Assembly (NCBI GenBank): GCA_951406725.2
Contig: OX597821.1
Span: 112,716,001 to 112,780,000 of the forward strand
Reading direction: 5' to 3'
From: Octopus vulgaris
Lineage: Eukaryota
Length of the DNA stretch: 64,000 nucleotides
Below the pieces are notes generated by a model, which had not been told where the DNA came from, did not search any database, and saw only the letters and a list, made by a program, of their open reading frames with translations. This document shows, in pieces, positions 1 through 14,469 of the stretch. How positions within the stretch are numbered: the first letter of the stretch is position 1; the number at the start of each line of letters is the position of its first letter. Position numbers and translations under genes: made by a program.

Positions 1-536
1 ACATAAATGTACCTTGCAAGACCTACCAAAAAACTGAGCAAGTATTGGGATCTTAAAATAGAGATTGGCAAAATGTTGAACCTCACGACTAAAACAATAC
101 CTGTTGTCATAAGTGCCCTAGGAATGACAGCAAAAGGGGCTGATTGCTACCTAGCTCAGATACCAGGAAATTCAAAAATGGAAGAAATCCAAAAATTAGT
201 ACTCATGGAAATTCCTGGTATGCTCCGTAAAATATTGTCTCTGTAATCCCCAAAATAATTTAATCTGTAAACATTGTCAAAATACTTTTAAATGTATATA
301 ATACCAAAAACCCCTTTTACTGTCGTCTTAACACAACACCAACATCTTATAATCAAATTACTTTTAACACAAGCTTCTAATTTACTTAGGTTTTGACAGA
401 CATTCTCTTGAACAATACTCTGAGCAAAACCAAATTTATGACATCCTAGGCATAGTACCAACTTCTATCTTGTCACTTGAGGCCTCTGGGTGAGACTTGG
501 AGTCAACTTGTACAAATACAAAGCATAAACAAACAT

Positions 537-537
<1 letters not shown>
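1..537 (+). mobile_element. 3' end of an RLE non-LTR retrotransposon (R4/Dong-like, family B): endonuclease C-terminus plus 3' UTR
   Basis: ORF 7-246 (KKLSKYWDLKIEIGKM...TIPVVISALG...IQKLVL...LRKILSL) aligns with the C-terminus of the family A ORF (EKLSKYKDLEIEVTRM...TIPIIVGALG...IQKIALL...LRRTLSI). The 3' UTR differs from family A and ends in (TAA)n at 538-603. Confidence 0.85.
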
Positions 538-604
<67 letters not shown>

Positions 605-605
<1 letters not shown>

Positions 606-1230
606 GCTGCCCAGTCCTGGCTAAGAAGGAATATATTCACAGACATGACAGAGTTGGAACCTACATACATTGGAAGCTATGCCAACATTATGGAATAACA
701 ACAGAAAAAAAGATGGTATAGGCACACACCAGAAAAGGTCACAGAAAACGAGAAAGCAACCATACTCTGGGATATGCCGATACACACAGATAGAGAAATT
801 AAGGCCAACAGACCAGATATAGTTGTCAGAGATCATGAAGAAAAAAAATGCTTTTTAATTGATGTATCAATACCGGCAGATGACAACATGTCTCTAAAAG
901 AAATGGAGAAACTCTCAAAATACAAAGACCTGGAAATAGAGGTAACTAGAATGTGGAATCTGAAAACAGAAACAATTCCTATCATAGTAGGTGCATTAGG
1001 CATGATAAAAAAATATTCAGACAAATACATAACAAAAACACCAGGACTTACAAACACATATAACATACAGAAAATTGCACTACTAGGCACTGCCCACATC
1101 CTACGCAGAACACTTTCCATACAATAACCATCAGAGCATCACAACAAATCACAGCACATACCCAAGGCACACAGAGCTGCGCTCGATAGTAAAGTGAAAG
1201 CACGCTATAAAAATAAAAATAAAACTACTG
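605..1230 (+). mobile_element. 5'-truncated R4/Dong-like retrotransposon, family A copy 1 (RLE domain + 3' UTR)
   Basis: Near-identical to 11713-12330. Encodes RHD...PDIVV...LIDVS...EKLSKY. Flanked by (TAA)n at 538-603 and from 1231. Confidence 0.93.
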
Positions 1231-2099
1231 AATAATAATAATAATAATATTAGTAACAGCAGCAATGACAACAACAACAACAACAGCAATAATAATAGCA
1301 ATAAAAATAACAATAACATATGAATGTACACACACACACACACACACACTCACACACACACACACACATACATAAGGCTATATATATATATATATTATAT
1401 ATATGTATATGTGTGTATATTGGCCTGCTCGTTTAGCCAGCGGGGTGGCGTCCTTTGAAGGCTAAAACAATGCGAAGCGCATTGTGACCAGCGATGTGTA
1501 ACAACATCTGATAGCCTGGTCGGTCACGGGAATCACGGTGATATGTGTGTGTATATATTATATGTATTAGTATCAATGTATGTACTACAGTTGTTGACAA
1601 AAGACTGACGGGTATTTTAGACACACCCCAGTTTCAGCAACATACATTAAGGATTAAAAGTTGTTAGTGGGAGGCCCAACTTCGCATATAAGAATTGGTT
1701 TTTTTTCTTTTGTTTGTTTCAGACCATATCTTTCTTTTGTTTTTTGTTTTTTGTCGGGAAGTAAAATATGCGTTTTTTACCATCAAACATAGTATATTAT
1801 TGAATCGAGTCAACTAACCTACCCTATGTTTGTATTTAAAGGATGGAGAGCGAACGAATAATAGACGATCATCAACCAGTGGTGCCCTTGGTGGTTGGAG
1901 TGATCTAGGGCCTGTGGTGCCCTTAGCGACTCCTAGTGGTATTTATCTCTTTGGAAGAAATTTTGGTGATAACTTTCATGTTAATCGTTATATTTTTCTA
2001 TTATCTAGTAATCTTCATTTAGGCACATCCTCTTATTCTTTCAGTAGTTTCGATCATAGGGTTGCGGCCATGTTGGAGCACCACCTTAATATATTTCCT

Positions 2100-2385
2100 A
2101 TCAGCTCTGTTGTCGTTTTACGGTTGACCTTAAAGAATCTGATCTTCCCTGGGTGTATCCTTGAATGGTTGGCTTGTCCAGTTTCAACGTTAGGTATTCA
2201 TCCATTTTTTTTTTAATGTTTCAGTAGATATTCCTTTTATATTTTTGATTTCTTTTGCCCGGCAGTTGAACAGTTGAGGACCTCTGAATATCAGACAAAG
2301 ATGCTATATGTGGAAGCTGACAGTAGCTAACAGTTCGTGCATCAAAATCTAATCCTCTCCAATGTCGAAGCTTGGAACAGGATTT
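2100..2385 (-). pseudogene. Decayed 3' fragment of a CR1-like LINE ORF2
   Basis: Minus-strand translation with frameshifts gives DARTVSYCQLPHI...LIFRGPQLFNCRAKEIKNIKGISTETLKKK/MDEYLTLKLDKPTIQGY, resembling the GPQLFN..LP..LR.....FK.KLD.YL...PD.P C-terminus of invertebrate CR1-like elements (from memory). Confidence 0.6.
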
Positions 2386-2447
2386 TCTATATGTATATGA
2401 TAGTTATATACTATCACACACACACACACACACGCGCGCATACAGAT

Positions 2448-2493
<46 letters not shown>

Positions 2494-2751
2494 CCATATA
2501 TATATGTATACATATATATATATACCTACATATATATATACAGATATATATATGTGTATATATATGTATATATATACATATGTATATATATACATATATA
2601 TATGTATATATATATATACATATATGTGTGTGTTTTTATATATATGTGTATGTGCGTGCGTGTGTGTGTGTGTATACATATATGTACGTTTTTTTTTATA
2701 TACATACATATATAGGGAGAGACAGAATGTGAGAGAGAGAAAGAGAGAGAC

Positions 2752-2852
2752 ATTTGACGAAAACATAACAACCAAAAATTAACAAAAAACAAACTGAAAA
2801 ATTTTTTTTAGTTTGCTTTTGTCAACTTTCCGTTGTAATGTTTCCGTCAAAT
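2752..2852. repeat. Imperfect inverted repeat (about 45-bp arms), probably inside a non-autonomous DNA element
   Basis: atttgacgaaaacataacaacc... pairs with ...cgttgtaatgtttccgtcaaat. Confidence 0.6.
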
Positions 2853-2897
2853 TTTTCTATTCAAACCTTGAAATATCTATGTAACGCAATGCGCTCC

Positions 2898-2928
<31 letters not shown>

Positions 2929-3067
2929 GCCACACACATACACACACACACACACACACATTAAAGGAAAAGGAAATGAAAACCAAGGTGAGACGAGTAT
3001 CTCAGGTCATATAGAATATTTAATTAGAGCAAAGGTGAATCAAAAACTGAGAAGTAGAAGTAATCAA

Positions 3068-3150
3068 TGTCTTACATCTGTTTCTGGGTTATCCCAGGTG
3101 ATGGGTCAACACCCCCATCCCATACACTGGGTATTCCGTCATCAGAGACA
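3068..3150 (-). ncRNA. Type I hammerhead ribozyme motif with extended stem II, in a Penelope-pLTR-like island (about 2960-3380)
   Basis: Minus strand reads tgtct-CTGATGA-[cggaatacccag...gatggg...cccatc..ctgggataaccca]-GAA-AC agat GT-A-agaca: 5-bp stem I, intact core, GUA triplet. Confidence 0.75.
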
Positions 3151-3385
3151 AGCTGTGTGTGCAGGAAAGTTCCAGACAGAGAATTCACAGTAAATAGAAT
3201 AAAGACAGGAGAATAAGTTCTCAGTTCATCTTGTTCCGGAGGATATGGTGGTTTGTCTGTATTTCAGTGAAGGTAAAGCCTCTGAAATATAACCCCAGGT
3301 AAACCCAGGTTGTAATTTGAGGGATGCATTCAGATTGAAGGAATAGATCATCAGTGAACTAAACCTCTTATATTCTTTATATATG

Positions 3386-3431
<46 letters not shown>

Positions 3432-3483
3432 GGGGGGTATGTATATATATATATATATATATATATAACTATATATATCTATA

Positions 3484-3528
<45 letters not shown>

Positions 3529-3548
3529 GTATATATATACATATATAA

Positions 3549-3599
<51 letters not shown>

Positions 3600-3623
3600 T
3601 ATGTATATGTGTGTGTATGGATG

Positions 3624-3693
3624 GCCAGGTTACTGAAGAGAGGGTGGTGTGGATTTCCACCTCGGCATCCGAAACTCAGAGTTTTATCTTGGC
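3624..3693 (+). ncRNA. Type I hammerhead-like motif in a Penelope-pLTR-like island (about 3619-3795)
   Basis: gccaggtta-CTGAAGA-ga[gggtg..gtgg attt ccac..catcc]-GAA-ACTC a GAGT-T-ttatcttggc. Stem I is imperfect. The same family recurs at 51517-51670. Confidence 0.6.
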
Positions 3694-3792
3694 TACCGAA
3701 TGATTGTCACATATTATATTTACAGATAAATTCCTCTATCTACATAACATTGAGGTCTCTTTCTTTCTTTTGTTATCTTACCGTTTTTACCA

Positions 3793-3855
<63 letters not shown>

Positions 3856-4701
3856 TGGATATGTATTATGTGTGTATTTATATATCTTCGGCGTTCAAGA
3901 GAGCAGAGACGCAGAGCGTTCCCGGTAATCCTATCCGTTGCCTTTCGCTCGTTTCTATAAACCCTCTGTAATGCAGGCAGATATGCCTGCTTGTATGAAT
4001 GCCTGAATATGTTTGATGCACGTGTGCGCGTGCACCCGTGTGTAAAACTGAGGGGGGTGAACTGAGAGGATCGGAAGTGTGGGGGAGTGTTAACTGATAT
4101 CAAAAAAAATAAAATAGAGACACGAGAACATGAAGAAATGGTATCATGAAGAATTGAAACCGTCATATCGTGAAAATAAACTTATTAAAGCAAATCAGAG
4201 CCATTGAAGAACAACTGATCGAAAACAGATTTTCGAAAACTTTGGCTTCCTGTTTTTCTTTCTTACATTTACTAATTCAATGTTTTCACTCGTATTCTTC
4301 AAAATAAACAGTTGCGAAATATATCCGATTTCGAAGTTGGAATTTATGGCTTATAAATTTCTAATCTTAAACTAGCTTTAAATAAGTTTCGTTTTTGAAA
4401 ATTATATTTTTATTTTTCTAATTTTATGAAAATCTATTAATCTTTTATTCAGGCAAGAACATCTTTTCGCTTGTGGCTGATAGGATTCTTGGAAAAATTT
4501 GAGCAAATTCGAGAAGGTATGCAATTTGCTAAAATATTTTCTATGATCAGTTCAAACAAGTATAGCGCATTGTTGAGAGAGTTTTCGAGATGTAGTGCAC
4601 GGGGATTTACGTGAGTTAATATGGAAGAAAGTTAAGAGTAAAACCGCCATTGTGTTTTTAGTGGATTAAAGTTGAAGTCAAGCATCTAGAGAGAGAAAGA
4701 A

Positions 4702-4741
<40 letters not shown>

Positions 4742-4842
4742 TGGAAGAGTAAGATATATATATATATATATATATATTTATACAAATATCACATATATAT
4801 ACATACACACACAACACACACATATATATATGTATGTGTGTG

Positions 4843-4880
<38 letters not shown>

Positions 4881-5066
4881 CATGTAGATATAGATAAAGA
4901 GATAGATAGATAAACATAGACATATGCACACTCACACGCATATATATATATATATATATATACGTATTTGTGTGTGTGTGTGTGTGTGTTCGTGTGCATA
5001 GATAGATATACGCACACATATGTGTGTGTATAAATAGATATGTAGATATATGAATATAGAGACAGG

Positions 5067-5147
<81 letters not shown>

Positions 5148-5536
5148 GGATAGCCAAATAGATAGATTTATTACTTACAATCATATGGATATTAATTCAT
5201 TTGATTTCCTTATGACCGTATTTATTCTAATTCAATTCAAACTGCAACAGTACTGAATTAGTTTATAACAGTAAAGTTACTCTCGCTCTCCCTCTCTTCT
5301 TCTCTTCCCCCCTCTCTTCTCTTCTCTTTGCAATGTGGCACTTGGTCAAATCTTCCGTATCATTCTAGACATGAATAGAATTAGTGAAGAGGAAAATAGA
5401 CTGAAAGGTTGGAAGTCCCCCAAATCATGGTTTGAATATAAAATAAGACATGTTTTAATTTCAATTTCGTCATTAAACACTTGTTCCCTTTCTCTTTCAA
5501 TCACAGATTCTGTATAAATAATATGCTGAATACATT

Positions 5537-5567
<31 letters not shown>

Positions 5568-5739
5568 CTGCAGCTGCGGTTGTTGTTGTTGTTGTTTCTT
5601 ACGGATCGAGAAGGTCTTTCACTAGTTTCCTAGACCGGTTCCCCAGCGAGGACCGGATTTTCAAAAGCCTTCTCCGCGGTCATTGATATCCAACTGGGCC
5701 ACACTTACCACAACGCGTCAGGAATTCAAGATAACTCAT

Positions 5740-6110
5740 GAATCATAATCACCCCCTCCACCTCCTCATCTTTCTCTTCCACTTCCTCCTCCTCATCTTT
5801 CAACTTCCTCTTCCCCCCTCCTCTTTCTTCTCTTCTTCCCTTCCTCCTTCTCTTCCACTTTCTCCTCCTTCTTCTCCTACTCCTCTTTCCCCTCCTCTGA
5901 TTCTTCCTCTCCCTCATTTTCTCCCCTCTTTCCTCCTAATTTTTCCTCCTCCTCCTACTCATTTTTCCTCCTTTTCCTCCTTCTCATTTGTCTCTTCCTC
6001 TACCTTCTCTTCCTCCTATTCCCTCTTCCTCTTCCTCTTCCTTTCCTCCTCCTTTTCGTCTTCCTATTCCTCCACTTCATTTTTCCGTTTCTCATCCTCC
6101 TCCGCCTCTC
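5740..6110. repeat. CT-rich (polypyrimidine) low-complexity tract
   Basis: Degenerate (CCT/TCT)n. Confidence 0.9.
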
Positions 6111-6119
6111 TCTGCAGTT

Positions 6120-6600
6120 TGTGCTCATACCACATCTTGTCTCTCATTAGACCCCCACTTTTCACAGTTTCCAACGCGGCACTTTCGCTACCTCATCGTG
6201 CCACCTCAAATTGTAGTGGTTTGGGGCAAGTTTACGGCATTGGTTCGCGATGAGGGCAATTGCTTCATTCCCTCTATTACAGACGCGGCACAGTGAAGAC
6301 ACATGCACATTCCTCCAATCTGTGACCAAAGCTTGATCTTGCTCTGCCAGTATAGTGTTCTCAGTCTCTTTGGCCAATGTTCCTTTCATCAGCCAATACC
6401 ACATGTTTTCTAGCAACTTCAGCTGTGGCTACAGAGAACCGTCCCTTATTGCGCAGTCTTTGTTCGTGTCCTTCTCATACTTGCTGTTTTGTTTTCCTCA
6501 TTTTCTTTGCTTTCATTACATCCTCATTCCTAAATGACACTAGCAAGGTTTCCTTACTTTGGGATACGTATCTCATTCAGCTCCCGAGATCGATGCTATG
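6120..6600 (-). pseudogene. Old decayed R4/Dong-like fragment (family C): post-RT region, CCHC knuckle and start of RLE
   Basis: ORF 6162-6416 (WLMKGTLAKETENTILAEQDQAL...CRVCNRGNEAIALIANQCRKLA...WHDEVAK..RWKL) aligns with family A (WLRSSGLKAETEGFLIAAQDQSL...CRICGDGQETINHIISSCPVLA...RHDRVG..HWKL). Confidence 0.8.
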
Positions 6601-6659
6601 ATAATAATAATTATTGTTGTTTTTGCTGCTGCTGCTGCTGCTGCTGTTGCTGTTATTAC

Positions 6660-6876
6660 GGCGGCGAGCTGGCAGAATCGTTAGCACGCCGGGTAAAATG
6701 CTTACCGGCATTTTGTCTGCCCTTACGTTTTGAGTTCAAATTCCGCTGAGGTCGACTTTGCCTTTCATCCTTTCGCGGTCGATAAATTAAGTACCTATGA
6801 AATAGGGGGGGGGGGGTCGGCGTAGTCGATTCATCCCCTTCCCTAAAATGGCTGCCCTTGTAGCAAAAATTGAAAC

Positions 6877-6878
<2 letters not shown>
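6660..6878 (+). mobile_element. tRNA-headed SINE (gtcgactttgcctttcatcc superfamily, tail type II) followed by a long (ATT)n
   Basis: Head ggcggcgagctggcagaatcgttagc, B-box-like gagttcaaattcc, central gtcgactttgcctttcatcctttcg.ggtcgataaa (resembles the Meta-SINE domain, from memory). About 30 whole or partial copies, e.g. near 12560, 19465, 29650, 34857, 35680, 35901, 41069, 44300, 45280, 47990, 50218, 50710, 52272, 52655, 52793, 54332, 56288, 56505, 57892, 58900, 59082, 63750, 63920. Confidence 0.9.
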
Positions 6879-7463
<585 letters not shown>

Positions 7464-7919
7464 GTCACAAGGTCCCAGTAATGCAAAAATAGGAGAACGT
7501 GCTACACAAAGTTATGTCTAAGACATGTGGTGAGATGCAAAATTATATAGAAGCGAAAAACCAGACAAAACAAAACTTGAACAATACAACGTGACGTAAT
7601 TACACAATATTATGATACGGATATATGGGAATGCACAATGGTGTTAAGTGGGTATGTGTGTGTGTGTGTGTGTGCGTTTGTGCGTGTGTGTTTATAAGTA
7701 TAAATGCGCAATATAATTAAAAGCGATACAAGAAACAAATAACACCCTCCCACACACACACACACAGCCAACGACACATATGCACTTGAGAGAAGTAGCT
7801 TATCAGAATTGATCAGAGCAACCCTCGATTCTTTCGCCTACTCACTATCCCTATTGCACTCAACGAAATCGCTTGACGTTGTTTCTGTTTTTTTAGGTGC
7901 AGATGCTTACTGGGACAAA

Positions 7920-8740
7920 CAACACACGCCGTGATTGCATTTCTCACTTAATGGTAGACAACTTGTGTAATCTTTGCAAAAATATTCTATCGTTTGAGTT
8001 GTCTTCTAAATAGATTTGGTCTAACATATTGTCTTCCGTTATCCCTAAAAGACCATTTCCAAAGACCAGTGAAGCTCAAGTACTCTCAGAGTAAGGGCAT
8101 CATTTCGCACATTCGACTGTCCTTTCCTTGAAGTTCATTTTTCTTTTTGAACGTCTTAATGTATTTTTTTACTCTTCCACTGCCGTCCAATGTCCAACTC
8201 CTGATTGAAAACGGATTGAAAAAAGGACAAGTTTTACGGCCAATCTCAAAGCTTCGATTGGTGGTATTCACGAAACAATAATTTCAGGCTCCTACTGTTG
8301 CCATTCCCGGTTCCGCTTATGCCCACCTGCTCTCTTTCAGCTCTACAGAACGGAAAGCACTCAAGTGATTCTCGCTACCACGTGTTTAACAACCGACATT
8401 TTTGTCCTTCACAATTAGTTGTATTGCTTTTCTTTCTGCACCCACGATGTGATCCAACTCTATGGTCGTCAAGCATCATCGAGGCTTGTATGTTCATGCA
8501 GATTTCACTGGGCCAAATCTTCGTACTCACCACCCTTCCGTACTCTATCTCAAAGGTGACAATACACGAACCAATGTCACTAATAATGCCTCTTGCTCTA
8601 ACCCGACCCTCATATTGTATAGTCCCAAATACTACAGCATTAATTCACGGCCAAGTACATGACTCTCTTCTCAGTTTTGAAGACCAGCTAAACATTCTCT
8701 TTTACACATTCTCATATGTGGTTAATAGAAACTGCGCTGT
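7920..8740 (-). pseudogene. Possible highly decayed LINE ORF2 3' remnant
   Basis: Non-repetitive segment. Minus-strand fragments such as GIISDIG and GNSRSLKLLFRE weakly resemble post-RT LINE motifs. Many stops. Confidence 0.3.
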
Positions 8741-9427
8741 TTGAAAGATTACCAAGGGTTTGCTGACTCTATTCCTTTGAGAGCCTATCGAGAAAATATT
8801 TAGGCGGCAAGGGAAAATATTTTGAGACATACTTTTCCCCCACTTTTTATCTTTTTTTCACCAAGTCTTCTCGTGTTTAATGTTTCTTTTCGACTGGTAA
8901 CGACAGCAAAGCCTTCGTTGTAACTACCTGTGTTTTTTAAATTTCTCTCTCATCGTTACTTGTGTATGCTTTTATACCAAATTCTGTATTTACAAATGTG
9001 ATTCTTTGTGAAATTGCAATTTATTTGCCTGCGTATTATTTTTTCTCAAAGTATAACTGTCTGCGCTAGCTTAAAGAATTGCTGTCCACTTAAATTATTT
9101 GTTTGATATCTGTTAAATGTTTGGGGGCGTGTCCCTCCACCACCTCAATAGATGCCATGTTTATAAAACGCTTAAAACAGTCGTTGGCAACAAAAAATTC
9201 AAAGATATAATCATTTTCTGCCCCCAAAGGAGAAAAAAACATGGAAACAAACTTTTAGCTTCTCTCAATATAATAAATCCACAAAACACGACACACACAG
9301 AGAAAAAAAAATCCGATTTCGAAGGTAATCCGATATCTTTTAAACTCCTGCAGTTCGTAAAATGACACATTTGCCAGCAACTCTAATGATTAATATCATT
9401 ATTATTATTATCATTATTATTATTATA

Positions 9428-9507
<80 letters not shown>

Positions 9508-9521
9508 CATCATCATCATCA

Positions 9522-9585
<64 letters not shown>

Positions 9586-9710
9586 CATATCATCATCATC
9601 ATCATCATCATCATTATTATTATTATTATTATTATCATCATCATCATCATCATTATTATTATTATTATTATTATTATCATCATCATCATCATCATTCATC
9701 ATCATCATCA

Positions 9711-9763
<53 letters not shown>

Positions 9764-10162
9764 TATTTGTTTATTTATTCATTTACTTATTTGCCACCAG
9801 AGCCCATTCATGAATATGCAGCCTTGCTACAAAGTGGTTATAGTGCGTGTGGGATGGGATTATACACACGACACAGTTACATGAAGACGTGGGAGAAGCA
9901 CAAGGATAAAAAAATGCATAATACGTATGAAGATATGTTATAAGCCGAGACAAGAAACAAAAAAAAGGCAACTATACACACACAGCATGGCCACAGCTCG
10001 TGAGCTGAAACTAGATAAAATCTAAAAAAATATAAATGCACACGCGCGCATTTATACACTTACACACATAAATGTGTAATATATATATATATGTATATGT
10101 ATATGTATGTATGTATGTATGTATATGTGTGTGTGTGTATACACATATACATACATACATAA

Positions 10163-10226
<64 letters not shown>

Positions 10227-10233
10227 ATATTGA

Positions 10234-10541
10234 GCACTCCGTCGGTTACGACGACGAAAGTCCCAGCTGATACGATCAACGAAACAGCTTGCTCGTGAAA
10301 TTCTCGTGCAAGTGGCTGAGCACTCCACAGACACATGTACCTTTAACATACTTCTCAGGGAGATTCAGCGCGACACAGACTGTGGCAATGCTGACCCTTT
10401 GAAATACAGGTGTTACTAATTTTTGCCAGCTGGATGGACTGGAGCAATGTGAAATTAAAGTGTCTTGCTTAAGGACACAACGCACCGCCGCCGGAAATTG
10501 AACTCACGACCGTGAGCCGAATGCCCTAACCACTAAGCCAC
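10234..10541 (-). mobile_element. tRNA/CORE-type SINE (head A + tail X)
   Basis: Minus strand: gtggcttagtggttagggcattcggctcacg...gtgtccttaagcaagacacttt (CORE-like)...tail ending gtcgtcgtaaccgacggagtgc. The tail is shared with the copies at 21107, 21679 and 36817. Confidence 0.85.
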
Positions 10542-10681
10542 TAGAACGCATATCATACCATAAATCAGCAGGGCTTGGGCATATCGAAGTCCTTCCAATA
10601 TGAGAAAAATCGATATGTATGTTACTAACCTTTCACGTTCCTTGATATATTCTGTGAACATGTGGGCACTGTTCCTTGTAA

Positions 10682-10759
<78 letters not shown>

Positions 10760-12327
10760 GATATGAAATTTGGATTAGAAAAATGCGCCAAAGTAACCAT
10801 GAAAAGAGGAAAACTAGTTAAGAGTAACAACATCACACTAGATAAAACCAATGAAATAAAAGAATTAGACCAAAGCCAAACTTACAAATACTTAGGAATC
10901 CATGAACTAGATAAGACACAACACACACAAATGAAAGAGAAAATAAAAAAGAATATTATAGACGAGTTAGATCAATACTAAAAACGGAGCTCAATGCTAA
11001 AAACAAGATAATAGGTATCAACACTTTAGCTGTCCCAGTTATAAGTTACAACTACAATATCCTTAACTGGACACGAAATGAACTGTCCAAAATAGATAGG
11101 AAAACAAGAAAAATACTGACAGGATCTAGGATGCATCACCCAAAATCTGACATAGAAAGACTATATATACAACGTATAGAAGGTGGTAGAGGCCTTATAC
11201 AGCTGGAAAACTACTATAAAATAACCACCATAGGACTGCAAAAATACCTACTTCAGAAGGAAGGAAAACTGATCCAGATAGCAGCAAAACACGAGCAAAA
11301 CAAAAAACTGTTCTCAGTATTTAAGGAAGCTGACAAATACAAACAAGAAATCATACCACCTAATAAACACAAAGAAGAAGAAGAAGATGATGAAGAAACA
11401 ACAAAAGCTATAAAACAAATGAAATCCAAACTAAAAATAGAACAGCAACGAGCCATGATAAAACGATGGCAAGAAAAGCCCCTTCATGGTAAATACTGCA
11501 CTAAACTAAACGCAAAAGAAATAGACAAAGAAAAATCCCAGCAATGGTTGAGAAGCTCAGGACTCAAAGCAGAAACAGAGGGATTTTTAATTGCAGCACA
11601 AGACCAAAGCCTCCCCACCAGAAATTACCAAAAACATGTAATGAAAAGAAATATTACAAGTAACTGCAGAATATGTGGAGATGGACAAGAAACAATAAAT
11701 CATATTATCTCTAGCTGCCCAGTCCTGGCTAAGAAGGAATATATTCACAGACATGACAGAGTTGGAACCTACATACATTGGAAGCTATGCCAACATTATG
11801 GAATAACAACAGAAAAAAGATGGTATAGGCACACACCAGAAAAGGTCACAGAAAACGAGAAAGCAACCATACTCTGGGATATGCCGATACACACAGATAG
11901 AGAAATTAAGGCCAACAGACCAGATATAGTTGTCAGAGATCATGAAGAAAAAAATGCTTTCTAATTGATGTATCAATACCGGCAGATGACAACGTGTCTC
12001 TAAAAGAAATGGAGAAACTCTCAAAATACAAAGACCTGGAAATAGAGGTAACTAGAATGTGGAACCTGAAAACAGAAACAATTCCTATCATAGTAGGCGC
12101 ATTAGGCATGATAAAAAAATATTCAGACAAATACATAACAAAAACACCAGGACTTACAAACACATATAACATACAGAAAATTGCACTACTAGGCACTGCA
12201 CACATCCTACGCAGAACACTTTCCATACAATAACCATCAGAGCATCACAACAAATCACAGCACATACCCAAGGCACACAGAGCTGCGCTCGGTAGTGAAG
12301 TGAAAGCACACTATAAAAATAAAACTA

Positions 12328-12330
<3 letters not shown>
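10760..12330 (+). mobile_element. 5'-truncated R4/Dong-like retrotransposon, family A copy 2 (end of RT, CCHC knuckle, RLE, 3' UTR); two frameshifts
   Basis: MKFGLEKCAKV and YKYLG (late RT motifs), GGRGL, CRICx8Hx4C, RHD, PDIVV, KLSKY. Flanked by (TAA)n at 10686-10759 and 12331-12417. Frameshifts fall in A-runs near 10945-10950 and 11948-11954. Confidence 0.95.
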
Positions 12331-12417
<87 letters not shown>

Positions 12418-13124
12418 CTTTTCCGTGCGCCAAAATGACCCGGTGCAAATTACGCCGACGAAAGAGAAGGTGAAATCAAGAAAAACAATAGACAACAATA
12501 GAAACCCTTTAACCACGTCCCCTGAATTATTTCCTCTTTTGATTAAGAGGGTGGGCTCTCCAAATCGTTATCATGTCGAACAAAATGCTTGGCGGCATTT
12601 CTTTCAGCTCTTTACGATATGAGTTCAAATCCCGCCAAGGTCACCTTTGCCTTTCATCCGGGCTCGTTAAAATAAACTATTCAATACGTACTGAAATCGC
12701 TGTAATCGGCTTGTCTCCCTCCAATCAAAGGTAGCTAACCTTGAACTCTGCATTCAGGAAGCATGTTGCGATCTCGTCATTTATATACGCCATGGAATCC
12801 AGATAACAAACCTTATGAGTTCTAGAACTCGAGAAAACGTTTTTAAAGTAATCTTTTGATAGCCACAGTCAAAAAGAAAATACTACTCCTTGACAAAGGG
12901 CTGAGGAAAACTGCTTTTAACATAAATGAGGGAGCAGAGGAAAGTAGCTAATGCATTTTGTTTTTCGTCAAAGAAGGTATCTGATCAATGTACACAATAG
13001 ACTTTCATACACATGATAACAGCTTTTGAACGCAAGATTATGCACGGTCAGAAAAGAAAGCCCTTTTAGTTACAGTTCGTATCATCCCGAAGATATTTTC
13101 GATTTAACAGTACAACTTTCTCTC

Positions 13125-13157
<33 letters not shown>

Positions 13158-13190
13158 CTCTCTTTCTCTTTCTCTCTCTCTCTCTCTATC

Positions 13191-13221
<31 letters not shown>

Positions 13222-14067
13222 GTACGTATCACAATACAAAACCCTATACAATAACCACAAAGCAGCACAACTCAGTCTACATATTCTATACAAACAAACA
13301 AAGCGTTAAAATAACACCAGAAATTAAAAAAAGAAAACAAACTCCACAATAATACAAAACTGCAGTTAATATCAGATAATGTTTAACATATACAATACTT
13401 ATCATTAATATTTTTTTCTAATTTTACATTGCCTACACGAAAGAATGAAATGAATATTGATTTTTCAACGTATAAAATATATGTCAATTAAATTAAAATA
13501 ATAATTAAATAAACCAAATTTCTTTTTTCTATATTTACAATAAATATATATTATCAATAACATTGATACTGTTTAACTATAAATTTCAATGATATTTTAA
13601 TATTCTGATAACGAATTTTCACCACGTGAATTAAATATTCGAACTGTTTATTTTGGATTGAAACATTGCTTGATTATGGCTTTGTGCCACTTTGCGTAAC
13701 ATTAATTTTGTTACGTTCAAGATGTTCGGCATTTCCTTCTGTATTTACCTGTGTGTGTTCAGTCCCGCTTCGTGTTACCTTGACGAGTACCTTCTATTAA
13801 GGCTCTTTCAGTTTAAAGTTAAATTCTTTTTATCCACGACTTAAACATAAAAGCAAACAAGTACACACGCACACACACACATACATACATACATACATAC
13901 ATACATACATACATACATACATACATACATACATACGCAAACACAAGTGTTTCCGCTCCTAATATTTAATTATTTTAAACCTGCAGTATTTCCCGACTAC
14001 TAGTGTTGTTTGATTACAGTCGCTTAAGCACTTGTTAAGTATATCACACGGTTACTAACGTATACGC

Positions 14068-14098
<31 letters not shown>

Positions 14099-14322
14099 TG
14101 TATGTATGTATGTATGTATGTATGTATGTACGCATGTATGTATGTTTGTATGTATGTACGTATGTATGTATGTATATATGTATGTATATTTACATGCTTG
14201 CATGTATACGCGCAGATTTGTATGTTTTGTATTATGTATGTCTTCTAATGCATACGCTTGCATCTCTAGACATGTATGTATGTATCTGTATATGTATGCG
14301 TGAGTATTATACATACATACAT

Positions 14323-14394
<72 letters not shown>

Positions 14395-14469
14395 TCGCCA
14401 TGTTGATTCGCTAGCTTCTGCACGCATTTTTTTTTCTCCTTGTTTCTTCCTGTGTTTCTTTTCTGTGTA

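Noticed and set aside
5738-6253. 171-aa Pro/Ser/Leu-rich ORF
   Set aside because: A low-complexity CT tract running into the antisense strand of a Dong fossil.
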